Source: Octopus vulgaris
Taxonomy: Eukaryota
Length of the DNA: 64,000 nucleotides
Assembly: GCA_951406725.2 (NCBI GenBank)
Contig: OX597830.1
Coordinates: forward strand, 56,668,001 to 56,732,000
Reading direction: 5' to 3'
Shown in pieces: positions 1 through 12,633 of the stretch; position 1 is the first letter of the stretch, and each line of letters opens with the position of its first letter. Made by a program: the position numbers and the translations under genes. The notes below the pieces were generated by a model, which made no database searches, was not told where the DNA came from, and saw nothing but the letters and a program-made list of their open reading frames with translations.

Positions 1-1814
1 TACCCAGGGTGCCCAAGCTTTTTCTATAAGATGTCAGTTCAGTTTTCCATCCCACCACACTTCTCTTTAGGAAACATGTTACATTCTTCACAATTCCAAA
101 CAGATCTAAGCACTTGATGATCCACGAATGTGGAATCATATCCTAAGCTTTGTGATAGTCAATCCAGGCCATTCCCAGATTTGTACTCCTTCGTTTACAA
201 TCTTGCATTACCGTTTTGTCTATCAAAAGTTGATCATTGGTACCTCTGTGTATCCTTCTACAGCCTTTTTTGTTCCATTGGTAATTATGCCTGAATAAAA
301 TGAAAAAGGATGTTCATGTCTGGAATACCTTTAATCAGGGCTGACCCAGTTGCTTCATCCCAAAATATGACTTTATAAATCAATCCCACATCATGTTTCA
401 CAATTCATTCTCATTGCTTAATCATTCAATTTGCAGGTGACAGAAATGTATTAGATAGGTTCATTAAAAATAGTTTCTCGTTTGCATGTTATTGTCTTAA
501 TTTCAAGGAATGGCAGTAATTAGTACAATTAATTGCATACATAAATTCATTTAATTGATGGCACCATGTCATCCTTTCCTTTCCCTCAGGTCACTCCTTC
601 ATTGACATCTCTCCCTTGCCATTAATATCCCGACTCTCCGTCTCAGTGCTGTCTCACTCCCTCCTTTCACTTTTGTATATTTTTAGTCACCATTCCTTTC
701 ACTCTCTGAATGTTTTCATAACTACCCATCAGTTTCTTTCTCTCTGTTTGTCTCTCTGTCTTTCTCCTTTGTTTTGTCTCTGTTTTTCTCAACCAGCAAA
801 CATGAAGCTTCCATTCATCTCCCTCCCTCGCTCCCTCCCCATCTCATTCTCTCCCTCCCTCTCTCTTTCCTCTTCCCTTCTCTCTCCTCTCTCTCCCTCA
901 CATTCCTCCTCCCTACCACCCATCTCTCACCAGAAAACTTGTTGCTTTCATCCTCTCTCCTCCTTCACACTCATGCTTCTTTTTCCATCTCACCCTAATT
1001 CATGATATGACCCCACCCTCTTCCATAACATAATTATCCCACTCATTCTGTTTCCCCACTTTATGCTCATGCATTTGTCTTCATCTAATCCTAATTGCAC
1101 TCACTTTCTTTTCAGTGCACTATATTGGTCACATAGTTTTGAGTTGTGAGGACTTTTTTGCTTTGCAAGGTACAAAGTCACCTCACTAGTGCTGGTGCTA
1201 TGATAAAATGCACCCAAAGCACTCTGTAAAGTAGCTGCAGAATGACCAGAGGAAGATAGGGTTGTGAGGGCTTTTTTTAGTCTTGTGAAGGACCTGACAA
1301 CCTCACTGGTACTGTATGTAGATGATGATGATAGTTTCAAATTTTGGCACAAGGCCAGCAATTTTAGCAGGTGGAAGATTAATTGTTTACATCACTTAAT
1401 TAGCACTTTATTTTATTGACACCGAAAGGATCAATGACAAAGTTAATATCGGTGGGATTTGAACTTAGAACATAGAAGACCAACATGCTAATGATTATAC
1501 CAAGTTGATAATGGTTTCCAATTTTGGCACAAGGCCAGCAATTTTGGAGGAAGGGGCTTGGTCAATTTCATTGACTTCACTGCTTATTTTATCATCTCTG
1601 AAAGGATGAAAAGAAAGTTGACCTTGGCGGGATTTGAACTCAGAACATAAATCATCAGAGGAAGTGTTACTAAGCATTTTGTCCAATAATTATAACACTT
1701 AGGAGTAACATGAGGGAAATTTGGCTGCTATTTCTGATAGAACCCATCAATAGCTTGCGATGATTATATATGTTTGTCTGTCTTTAATGTATGTATGTAT
1801 ATATTTAATGTATC

Positions 1815-1847
<33 letters not shown>

Positions 1848-1862
1848 ATGTATGTATGTATG

Positions 1863-1907
<45 letters not shown>

Positions 1908-2024
1908 TTTACAAGATAAGGGCAAAAGAAAAATTCTAATGCCAAATATACCGAAACAAAAATTGTCAATAACCATTATAATTTATGTGTCTCGAAACAA
2001 ACCAATAGAAATTTCTAAAAACTT

Positions 2025-2094
2025 CGTTATTACCGTATTGGTCCAATTTCGGAGTTAATTCATAAGAATTTTCTCCTCTTCAGCGGCAAATACG
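2025..2094 (-). ncRNA. type I hammerhead ribozyme motif, probably from a Penelope-like element
   Basis: Minus strand: cgtatTTGCCG-CTGAAGA-GGAGaaAATTCttatGAATTaaCTCC-GAAA-TTGgacCAA-TA-CGGTAAtaacg. Core nucleotides and three helices are all present. Confidence 0.75.
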
Positions 2095-2380
2095 CGAGAT
2101 ATATGTGAAATACTAACTCATACCCATGGAAAAAGCAAGCACTAAGTCCTGAGCAGACCTAAGTATCCCAAATATATCCAAAATAGAAAATCTTCGGCAC
2201 ATCTTGAGACATGTGTGATTCGAACTAGAAACTTTCACAGAATGAGAGAAACCGGAAGTGAACACTATTAGTTATATCCTACATTAGTTATAAATTTCAT
2301 CCTACATTAGTTATATATATATATAGATAGGTAGAAGACATGGTATAAATAATGGTCATTACATATTTTTCTTTATTGTT

Positions 2381-2509
2381 AGAAATTTGACTTACAGCTG
2401 TTTCCAGTAGTCATTATAGCTTCATTATTGATAAGGTTTTGCAATCAGCCCAGTTGAGAAATATTGAGCAGCCTAAAAAATTAATGCTACTTTCATCAGA
2501 GCCATTTCT
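2381..2509 (-). ncRNA. hammerhead-like motif with long stem II insertion
   Basis: Minus strand: ggct-CTGATGA-aAGTAG...CTACTg-GAAACAGCTGTA-agtc; palindromic ACAGCTGT stem III. Confidence 0.5.
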
Positions 2510-2677
2510 GATTTACAATATAGAATGGTGATGAACTACAACCTTGGACTCTGCCATGAGAATATGCTGAGTTTTTTTTTTTAACTAATCTAAACAATAT
2601 TGTTAGTCTGGTGTACAAGCAGAGAGCTTATAAAGTATTTTGCCCGGATTGTTTATCCCTCACTAATAACCCTGTTT

Positions 2678-2717
<40 letters not shown>

Positions 2718-3576
2718 TACTTGTTTCAGTCATTTGACTGTGGCCATGCTGGAGCACCGCCTTTAGTCGAGCAAATTGACTGCAGCCTAGTACTTATTCT
2801 ATCAGTCTCTTTTGCTGAACCGCTAAGTTATGGGGATGTGAACACACCAGCATTGGTTGTCAAAATTATGTTGGGGGGACAAACACAGACGCGTGCACAC
2901 ACACATACACGACGGACTTCTTTCAGTTTCCATCTACCAAATCCACTCACAAGGCTTTGGTCGGCCCTAGGCTATAGTAGAAGACACTTGCCCAAGGTGC
3001 CATGCAGTGGGACTGAGCCCTGAACCATGTGGTTTGTAAGCAAACAGCCACTCCTACGCCTTTAAAGTGATGAACAGCCTTAATCAATTTTCAAACTTTA
3101 TTGCGCTCTCATCAGAAGTGTCCACATCAAACTGACCAATGCAAATAAATAAATAAATAAATGACAGAGTGGTCACAGCTGGAATACCTTTGATCAGGGC
3201 TAAACTAAGATGCCTAGTTCATTTAACAGTAGAGAAGTGTCATATCTTGTATACTTATATCTGTTACCATTGGCTTAACTCTTTCACACACACACACCAT
3301 CAACTGATCTAAGTGGTGGTAGTAGGTCTGGGTGGGGGGCATCTGACCCTGGCCAGCCCCTTTAAGTCTTTTATCTGATCCCACCTGAAGATTTCTATAT
3401 CTAGTGACCCCTTCAGTCATGTCTATTCAATAGTCTGTTTCCAGAAGCTCTAATGTTTGTTGGCATCAAAATGTACCTTTTGAGAGCATAGGGTTGTTAG
3501 TATAGCAGACACAGTTGTGTAGTGTACATATTGTGTATAGTATGGTATCGGTAGTATGACAGGTATGTTACTGTAG

Positions 3577-3805
3577 GCGGTGAGCTGGCAGAAACGTTAG
3601 CATGCCAGGCGAAATGCATAACCGTATTTCGTCTGAGCTACGTTCTGAGTTCAAATTCCGCCAAGGTCGACTTTGCCTTTCATCCTTTCGGGGTCGATTA
3701 AATAAGTATCAGTTACGCACTGGGGTCGGTATAATCGACTTAATCCCGTTTTTCTGTCCTTGTTTGTCCCCTCTGTGTTTAGCCCCATGTGGGTAGTCAA
3801 GAAAT
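3577..3805 (+). mobile_element. SINE family A (tRNA-like head, gcctttcatcctttcggggtcgataaa core), full length
   Basis: 16-bp target duplication aggtatgttactgtag at 3561-3576 and 3806-3821; dozens of related copies in the window. Confidence 0.85.
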
Positions 3806-4197
3806 AGGTATGTTACTGTAGAGTCTGTAGTGTGTATAGAGTGTGGGTGATGTATAAGATGTAGTGGTGTGATGTCTAGAAACTGCTACATTGTTAGTGA
3901 GACAGATGTCTGGTTATGGTTAGGTGTGCTACTTAAATCTCTGATTTTATTTACCAGTAAAATATAATAATGAAAAAAATCTAGCAGTTTGCTTGATCTG
4001 AGGATATCAGTCTTGCCATCTGTTTCTCTTAAGCATTCTCTCTCTCTTTCTCTCTCTCTCTTTCTCTCTCTCTCTCTTTCTCTCTTTCTCTCTCTCTCTC
4101 TCTTTCTCTTCCACCCCCTCATTCAATCTTTTTGTCTGCATAACATCAGCTGTGTTTGCAATTAACAGACACTTTTACATACAAATCTTTGTGTGTG

Positions 4198-4252
<55 letters not shown>

Positions 4253-5302
4253 ATGTATGTATGTATGTATGTATGTATGTATGTATATATATATATATAT
4301 ATACCGGAGTAAACACATAAATGTGAAACAAGGTGGAAAAAAGTATACTCAAATACCAGAGGTAGAGTAATATGCTTTATTTAAAAGCAGCAGAAATTTA
4401 ACAGAAGCTGTTACTCAGCGTTTCACGTTCCTGTTCGTTGGACAGTTTTGTTATATATATGTATGTATGTATGTATATGGTTGTACAACTATAAATACAT
4501 ATGCACTACACACATACATGTACAATGAAAGGCAGCAAGCATATTTGTTACTATAACAGCAATATGATTTTTAAAAAAAATGCTTGAGTTGTATGTACAA
4601 AACATAGCAAAGTGTTGCTTTTGTTGAAACTTTTCATTGTAATTTCAAGCAAATTATTGCATAAAATTTCATTTGTATTGTTATTATTATGTGCAACATG
4701 TACATGTCATTGTTTTAATTTTATTCAAATTATCAGCTATGTTTTCATCCTTATAAATTTTCCTTTGTTTATAAAAATATATTATCGTTTAAATTTGTTT
4801 ATTTTAATGTTTAATATTTCATTAACGTTGTTGTTGCTTTGTTTATAAAGTATTTTGTTTATTGTTTCCATCACACCATTTCCATTCAACTCAAATTAAC
4901 GTCTAAATTACTCAGAAAGTTCTTTCGACAATTCATTCAATCTTTTCTCTTTAGCGATGTACAGGTAGAACCAGTAGACTGGTGGATAAAAAAACATGTA
5001 GTATTTAGATACAAACTTTTACATTCTGAGTTCAAATCCTATTGAGTTTGACTTTGCTTTCATCCTTACAGGGTTAATAACATTAAAGTTGATTAATTGT
5101 TTATAGCGCTTCTTTTAAATTCTCTCACTTTCATTTCTCTCATTCCAATTCATTGAAATTTTTATTTATATTTAGTATAGTAAAGTGGATGACCATAAGG
5201 TAAAAAAACCCATCTGTATCTCTTTTCTTTTTTCTAAATAATTTCTGCTTTCTTCATATTAATTTTTCACTAACATATTCATGTGTTCAGTTCTATTGCA
5301 AA

Positions 5303-5342
<40 letters not shown>

Positions 5343-8006
5343 CATGTGTGTCAGTCCATACTGTAGCTATTTTGAAATATATACAAGATCACTGGCTGTA
5401 AGTTTAAAACGTTGGACTGTAGATTGGTTGAAATGCTGCTATAAAAGTGATTGTATTGTGTCTTTGAGATAAAAGGAACATTACTTTGTCTTAGTTTGAA
5501 GGTAGTACCATGCTTATTTTACAGTGGCATGGATAAAGTAAGACGGGCATCTTTCTGATTATATATATATGAAAAATTATAACAAACACAATATGTAGTA
5601 CATATCATTTGTTCCCTACACACGTTTCACCATTGTGATTATTTGCTTCCTCTGTAGTGAATGTTCCAAGTGCAATTCGATGCCAAACCACTACAGTTTA
5701 TCAGGTGAACATATTGTTGCATTACATGTAGCATTATTTATTGAATTTGATCTGTGTAACACAATGCAATAAAGCGTTCCTCTAATGAACGATTCATCAT
5801 CATCATCATCATCGTTTAACGTCCGTTTTCTGTGCTAGCACGGGTTTGACGGTTTGACCGGGGTCTAGGAAGCCAGGAGGCTGCACCAGGCTCCAGTTTG
5901 ATGTGGCAGTGTTTCTACAGCTGGATGTCCTTCCTAACACCAACCACTCTGTGAGTGTAGTGGGTGCTTTTTACGTGCCACCAGCATAGGTGCCAGGGGA
6001 GGCTGGCAGCAACCACTATTGTTTGGTGCTTTTTATGTGCCACCGGCACAGAAGCCAGTCAAGGTGGCGCTGGCATCGGCCACGTTCGGATGGTGCTTTT
6101 TATGTGCCACTGGCACAGGTATCACGACTGCAATTTCCATTTGATATTTATTTTGATGTTGATGTACTTGATTCAATAGGTCTCCTCAAGCACAGCAGGT
6201 CACATGCCACCAGCACAAAAGCCAGTCGAGGTGGCGCTGGCATCGGCCACGTAGTTCAGAATCCAACTGCACTTTTAGCATCCACTGCAGAAGATGCATA
6301 TAACTACAGTGGTGAAATGTATGTTGGGAACAAATGATACAGACTGCATCTTGTGTTTTATATGATTCTTCCTACATTTGTTTTGTACAGCATAATCAGC
6401 AGACTGGAAGATGACATTGTATGTGGAGCTGTAAACTCATCAGCAGCAATCATACATCTAACTGTACACACAAGAAATACAATATATATATATATATATA
6501 TATATAGACGGAAACTGAAAGAGACCTGTCGTATTTATATATATATATATATATATATCACCGTGACCAACCAGGCTATCAGATGTTGCTACACATCACT
6601 GGTCACAATGCGCTTGGCATTGTTTTAGCCTTCAAATGATGCCACCCCGCTGGCTAAGCAAGCAGGCCAACAGAAGAAAGAGTGAGAGAATGTTGTGGCG
6701 AAAGAGTACAGCAGGGATCGCCCCCCACCCCCTGCTGGAGTCTCATGGAGCTTACCTCCAACATCGCTTGACAACTGATGCTGGTGTATTTATGTCGCCT
6801 GTAACTTAGCGGTTTGGCAAAAGAGACTGATAGAATATGTACTAAGCTTACAAAGAATAAGTCCTGGGGTTGATTTCTTTGACTAAAACTCTTTAAGGCA
6901 GTGCTCCAACATGACTTCAGTCAAATGACTGAACCAGTAAAAGAGTATCTGTTTGTGAGTGAGAGAGAAAGAGAAAGGGATATAGATATACAGAGATTTC
7001 TTCATTTGGTCCAATACTAGTTATTGCAAGGAATAGAATGTGAATCAGTTCCAGTATATTACTGGTACCTTGTTCCCTAACCTGAGAGAGATGTAAAAGT
7101 GAGTTGACTCCCATGGGATTTGAACTCAGAAACATTCTCACAAGCTGGATATTCTTCCCCCACCTCTCCATCCAACCCTGAAGCAGGATTGTGATTCTAG
7201 GCACATACATAGTCACAGGCATGGCTGTGTGGTAAGCTTGCTTCCCAAAACACACATAAATATATATATATATATATATAGATATATAATTGACAGCACG
7301 TAAAAAGCACCCACTACACTTTTGGAGTGGTTGGCGTTAGGGAGGGCATCCAGCTGTAGAAACTCTGCCAAATCAAGATTGGAGCCTGGTGCAGCCATCT
7401 GGTTCGCCAACCCTCAGTCAAAATCGTCCAACCCATGCTAGCATGGAAAGTGGATGTTAAACGATGATATTGATGATGATGGCTTCTTTCAGTTTCCATC
7501 TACCAAATCCGCTGACAGGGCTTTGGTTGGCCTGAGGCTATAGTGGAACACACTTGCTCAAGGTGCTGCACAGTGGGACTGAACCTATAACCATGTGGTT
7601 GGGAAGCAAGCTTCTTACCGCACAGCCATGTCTGTGCCTAAGAGAAAAATAACAACTATTGCTTTCTTTTTCACTTTTTTGTTTGTTTTAAGAAACTGAA
7701 TTATTGTCCAAACCCATCTGTGTGTCAAGAACTGTTTACTTTTGGAATGTGCCCCAAACATACCTGCAATAGCCTGGTGTTCAGTAACAGACCAGCTGTA
7801 TGATGACAACAACGTCATCGACAAGAACAACTTTGTTTTTATTGCCACTTTTCTATGCTGGCATGAGATGAAACTTGAAGCACTGATTTTACTGATGCCT
7901 TTCCTGATGCCAACGTTTCTTAGTTGCCTCTTACAACACAGGGATATGCCGTACCTTTCTTAAAAACCAGGATACACATGGGATGATGATGATGATGATT
8001 ATAATC

Positions 8007-8054
<48 letters not shown>

Positions 8055-8289
8055 GTTTCAAATTTTGGCACAAGGCCAGAAATTTCAGGGTAGGGCTAAG
8101 TCAATTAAATTGACCCCAGTGCTCAACTGGTACTTAATTTATCGACCCCAAATAGATGAAAGGCAAAGTTGACCTTTGTGGAATTTGAACTCAGAACGTA
8201 AAGACATGAATTGATACTAAGCATTTTGTTTGGCATGCTAACCATTCTGCTAGAATTAGATGAACTAAGAACAAGCACAGAAAATGCTA

Positions 8290-9160
8290 AACTCTTAAGA
8301 AAACTGCAGCCTTAAGTAATCTTATTGGTAAATGGCTGGGAAAACCACTTCATGGTAAATACCCAGAGAGAGAGAAAGAGAGCTGACAATGCTGATGTTC
8401 ACAGAATTCTTACTTATCAATGGTTAGTGCCCTCTGGCTTCAAATCAGAGAAAGGAGAGTTTATTGCAGTAGCCCAGGACCAATGCCTACCTACAAAAAA
8501 CTATCAGGCCAACATGTTAAAGAACAGCAGCGGCCCAACATGTGGAGTGTGTAAGACAGCATGAAACCTTTGATGATATCTCCATGTGTAGCCCTCTTGT
8601 ACCCTCAGAGTATCTCAAGAAGCATGATAAAGTTACACAGTATAACCACTTGGTAATTTGCAAGGACCTAGACCTGCCCCAGTATAGAAACTGCTATGAA
8701 CACAAACTACCTCCAGTCCTTGAAAAATATTGTACATCACTCCTATGGAACTTTTCTATTGAAATTGATAGAAAGATAGATGTAAATAGACCAGTATATT
8801 GAAGAATTTCAGGCAAAAATCTTGCCTCCTCATTGATTTGATTGTCGCAATTGATTTAAATATATGTCAAGGCTTAACAAAATTTGAGCAAATACAAACG
8901 ATTTTGAAATAGAAATTGACAAAATGTGGCAACTCAAGACTAGAAAATTGCTTGTGGTTGTAGATGCCCTAGGAATACTAGCAAAACGTGCTGATGATTA
9001 CCAAGTTCAAATCCTAGGGAATCCAGAAAACACTGATCCCTCTTCCTGAACAACATGTTATCAACCACCCTAGTCATAATGCTCATTTGAAACTTTAACT
9101 TCCTGTCTCTTTAGGTCTCTGGATGAGACTTTGATTCACTTTGTGCAAACACGAAACAAA
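8290..9160 (+). mobile_element. old degenerate Dong/R4-type LINE 3' fragment (zinc finger and RLE endonuclease)
   Basis: Broken frames: AQDQCLPTKNYQ, CGVC, EYLKKHDKV, LLWNF.I..DRKI..NRP. Confidence 0.75.
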
Positions 9161-9422
9161 ATCCAGACATCATGACCATAATCATTGCTTCTATTTTTGG
9201 CTCAAGGCTAAATAATAAGGATAACAACAACGAGCTTATGTTATTAATTATCTTAAACTCAAACAAAAGGAATGATAATACATTGAATTGTATGGATTGT
9301 GCTAATTCCTTGAGGTAGTCAACTAGGCATGTGCATGCATGCATCTAAACATGCAATGTACTAATTTGTTGTTACTGGCAATAGGCTAGTATGTATGCAC
9401 ATGTATGCAATCACATATCTAA

Positions 9423-10004
9423 CCCTTTAGTATATTTAAACCAACCATATCCAATGAAGGCACATAGCTCAATGGTTAGAGTGTTGGGCTCACAATCATG
9501 AGGTAGCGAGTTTGATCTCTGGACCAGGCTGTGTGTTATGCTCTTGAGCAAGACACTTTATTTCATGTTGTTCCAGTTCACTCATATGTTGAAATGAGTT
9601 GCGACATCACTGGTGCCAAGCTGTACTGTACTTTGCCTTTCCCTTGGATAACATCGGTGTTGTAGAGAGGGTGGGTTGGTATGTATGGGTGATTGCTGGT
9701 CTTTCATAAACTACCTTGCCCAGACATGTGTCTTAAAAAGGGTAACTTTCTAGGGGCAATCCCATAGTCATTCATGACCAAAGGGGTTCTTTACTCGTTA
9801 CCCTTTTATCCAGTTCAAATAGTCCACATGTTTTATGTTCGAACTAACCATATCCAGTAGGCTCATACCTATCCTGCAATGCCATTCTAAAAATAAACAA
9901 CCACATCTTCAAAATCTCAAAGCTACAAGATGATACATGATTAATTTTAAAATATGTGAAGAAATATGCATTGCATTTGACTGAATGATCTGAATGCTAA
10001 AGGG
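9423..10004. mobile_element. piggyBac-like MITE with CTAA target duplication and a nested tRNA-derived SINE (~9460-9800)
   Basis: ctaa|CCCTTTAG ... CTAAAGGG|ctaa. Confidence 0.7.
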
Positions 10005-10442
10005 CTAAACATACCTATGTAATTGTTGACACAGACACCAGCCATGTGCATGTATGTACATATATGTAGTTGCATCAGACATGCATGTATGCACATACAT
10101 GCAGTCATACATCTATATATGTAACGCAAAAATTTCTCAGGACAGACACCAGACATGCATGTATGCATGTATATGCAGTCAAACTTCTAGATACGTAATG
10201 CACTAATTTTTTAGTACAGGTACCAGGCATGTGCATTATGCGTCTAAACATTCAAGGTGTCTATTTATCTTTTATCTTTTACTTGTTTCAATCATTGGAC
10301 TGTGGCCATGCTGGGGCAAAATGCCTTGAAGGGTTTAGTCTCACACTTAATCTATCAGTTTCTTTTGCTGAGCTGCTAAGTTGTGGAGATGTAAACAAGC
10401 CAACACCAGTTGTCAAGCAGTGGTGCATGACAATCACACACA

Positions 10443-10493
<51 letters not shown>

Positions 10494-12159
10494 ACACACA
10501 CATACATACACACACATACATACATACACACACACACACACATGTGACAGGCTTCCTTCAGTTACCATCCATGAAATCCGCTCACAAGACTTTGGTCAGC
10601 CTGAGGTTATAATAGAAGACACTTGCCTAAGGTGCCTTGCAGTGGGACTGAACTCAAAAACCATGTAGTTGGGAAGCAAGATTCTTACCACACAACTATG
10701 CCTGCAATCTATTTGTTGATACACAGTAAGCATGTGCATGTATGCGCATATGTGCAATCATATCTGAATATTTAAAGAACTAATCCCCTGGGAGCACCAA
10801 GCATGTGCATGTGCATGTGCCAGACAAGCCAATTGCCTATTTCCTGACACTTACAGCAGGCATGTGCATGTATGTATGTTTGTGCAAACACATCTAAATA
10901 TATAATGTATTAATTTCTTGGGAACAATTGCTTTGTATGTGCAGTCGTAACTAAACATGCAAGCATTAATGTATGGAGATGTGTCTTGTAAACCATTTAC
11001 AATAATTTCTATTGTAATATTTGTTTATACAAGTATACAAGAGCAGTGGATGTATAGTTTAGATGTTTGCTTCACAGCTATGCTCAATGCCACAAGTCAA
11101 CCAATATTTTGTGAGTGAAACATAGAAACTGATCATCATCGTTGTTTTTGTTATCATCATCATCATTTAACATCCTCTTTTCTAAGCTGGCATGGGTTAG
11201 ATGGTTCAACAAGAACAGATGAGCCAAAAGGTTACATCAGATTCTATGTATATGGCCTAGCACATGCCATTTACATTGCACGTTAGAGGGTGTAAAGAGA
11301 TCAAGATTATTTGGCTGATGTTGGCCAAGTGCCTTCATGTCTTCATGAAATTTGCTCAAGAGACCCTGTATGGGATCAAATCTGGGAACTTGTGGTTGCA
11401 TGGTAAACTTCTCAACCAATTGGCCGTACTGTAGTTTCATGTATGTGTGTGTGTGTGTGTGTGTGTGATGGCGCATGGCCTAGTGGTTACGATGTTCCAT
11501 CCGCATTTGTGAGATCGTGCTTTCAATTCCTGGACTGGATGGTGTATTGTGTTCTTCAGCAAAACTCTTCATTTCACATTGGTCTGTAACAACTTCAACA
11601 CCTGATGTGTGGTACACTGTTCACCTGCTCAGGTAACATTGATTTGATTGAAGGCATGAGCTAACGTACTGCACAAACATTTGATCACTATAAACAAATC
11701 ATTTGTGCAGGTTTTCAGCAAGAAATTAGAAAACCCATCTTCCTCAGATCACAAGAGACTACCATTATATATATATGTGTGTGTGTGTGTCTATGTTTTC
11801 TTTATGTTTGCATATAATTTGTTCACAGTCTACCTTGGACTACATTATGCAATGTGCCTTCTCTTATGTAACATAGTAGGGCGATTTAGCTGATAATTCT
11901 AGTAGGCCTATGAGCATGTAGATACTTTATTCCGCTTGCTATTTGCGATGGAAGTTACTCAAAACTTCGTACTTCTCCCATTCTTTTCTTCCTTCTTGGC
12001 TTCCTTTAACTTGGTCAAATACTTGGGTTCACACACCAGTGCACACAGACAGACAATGCTTCACTTATATCTTTGTGGGTTTTCCCGCCTCACTGCTTCA
12101 CTGTCACACTGCTATTATACTGCAACTCTTATCATTTATGCTATTCTGCCCATCCATCC

Positions 12160-12239
<80 letters not shown>

Positions 12240-12581
12240 ATGTGTAAAATCAATAAAAATGAACAAAGAACTCAATAAATGAAGCAGAGTTAAATATTCA
12301 ATTATGCGCTGTTTGGTAAGCCAGGTATAATGAACCTTTAAAACCACTCTGGCGTATATGTATGTATGTATGAATGAATGTATGTATGTATGTATGTATG
12401 TATGTACGTACGTATACACATTATATATATATGGTGCTTTTTTTTATGATATGTAATTAATAAACATATGAACAAAGAGCTCAAGGTATGAAGCAGAGTT
12501 AAATATTCAGTTATGCACTGTTTGGTAAGCCAGGTTTAACGAACCTTCAAAACCACTCTGATGTTGTGTGTGTGTGTGTGA

Positions 12582-12633
<52 letters not shown>

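Noticed and set aside
600-1060. 129-aa Ser/Leu/Pro-rich ORF
   Set aside because: CT-rich low-complexity tract; the same applies to the many YI, CV, HT, poly-I, poly-L and poly-N ORFs from microsatellites
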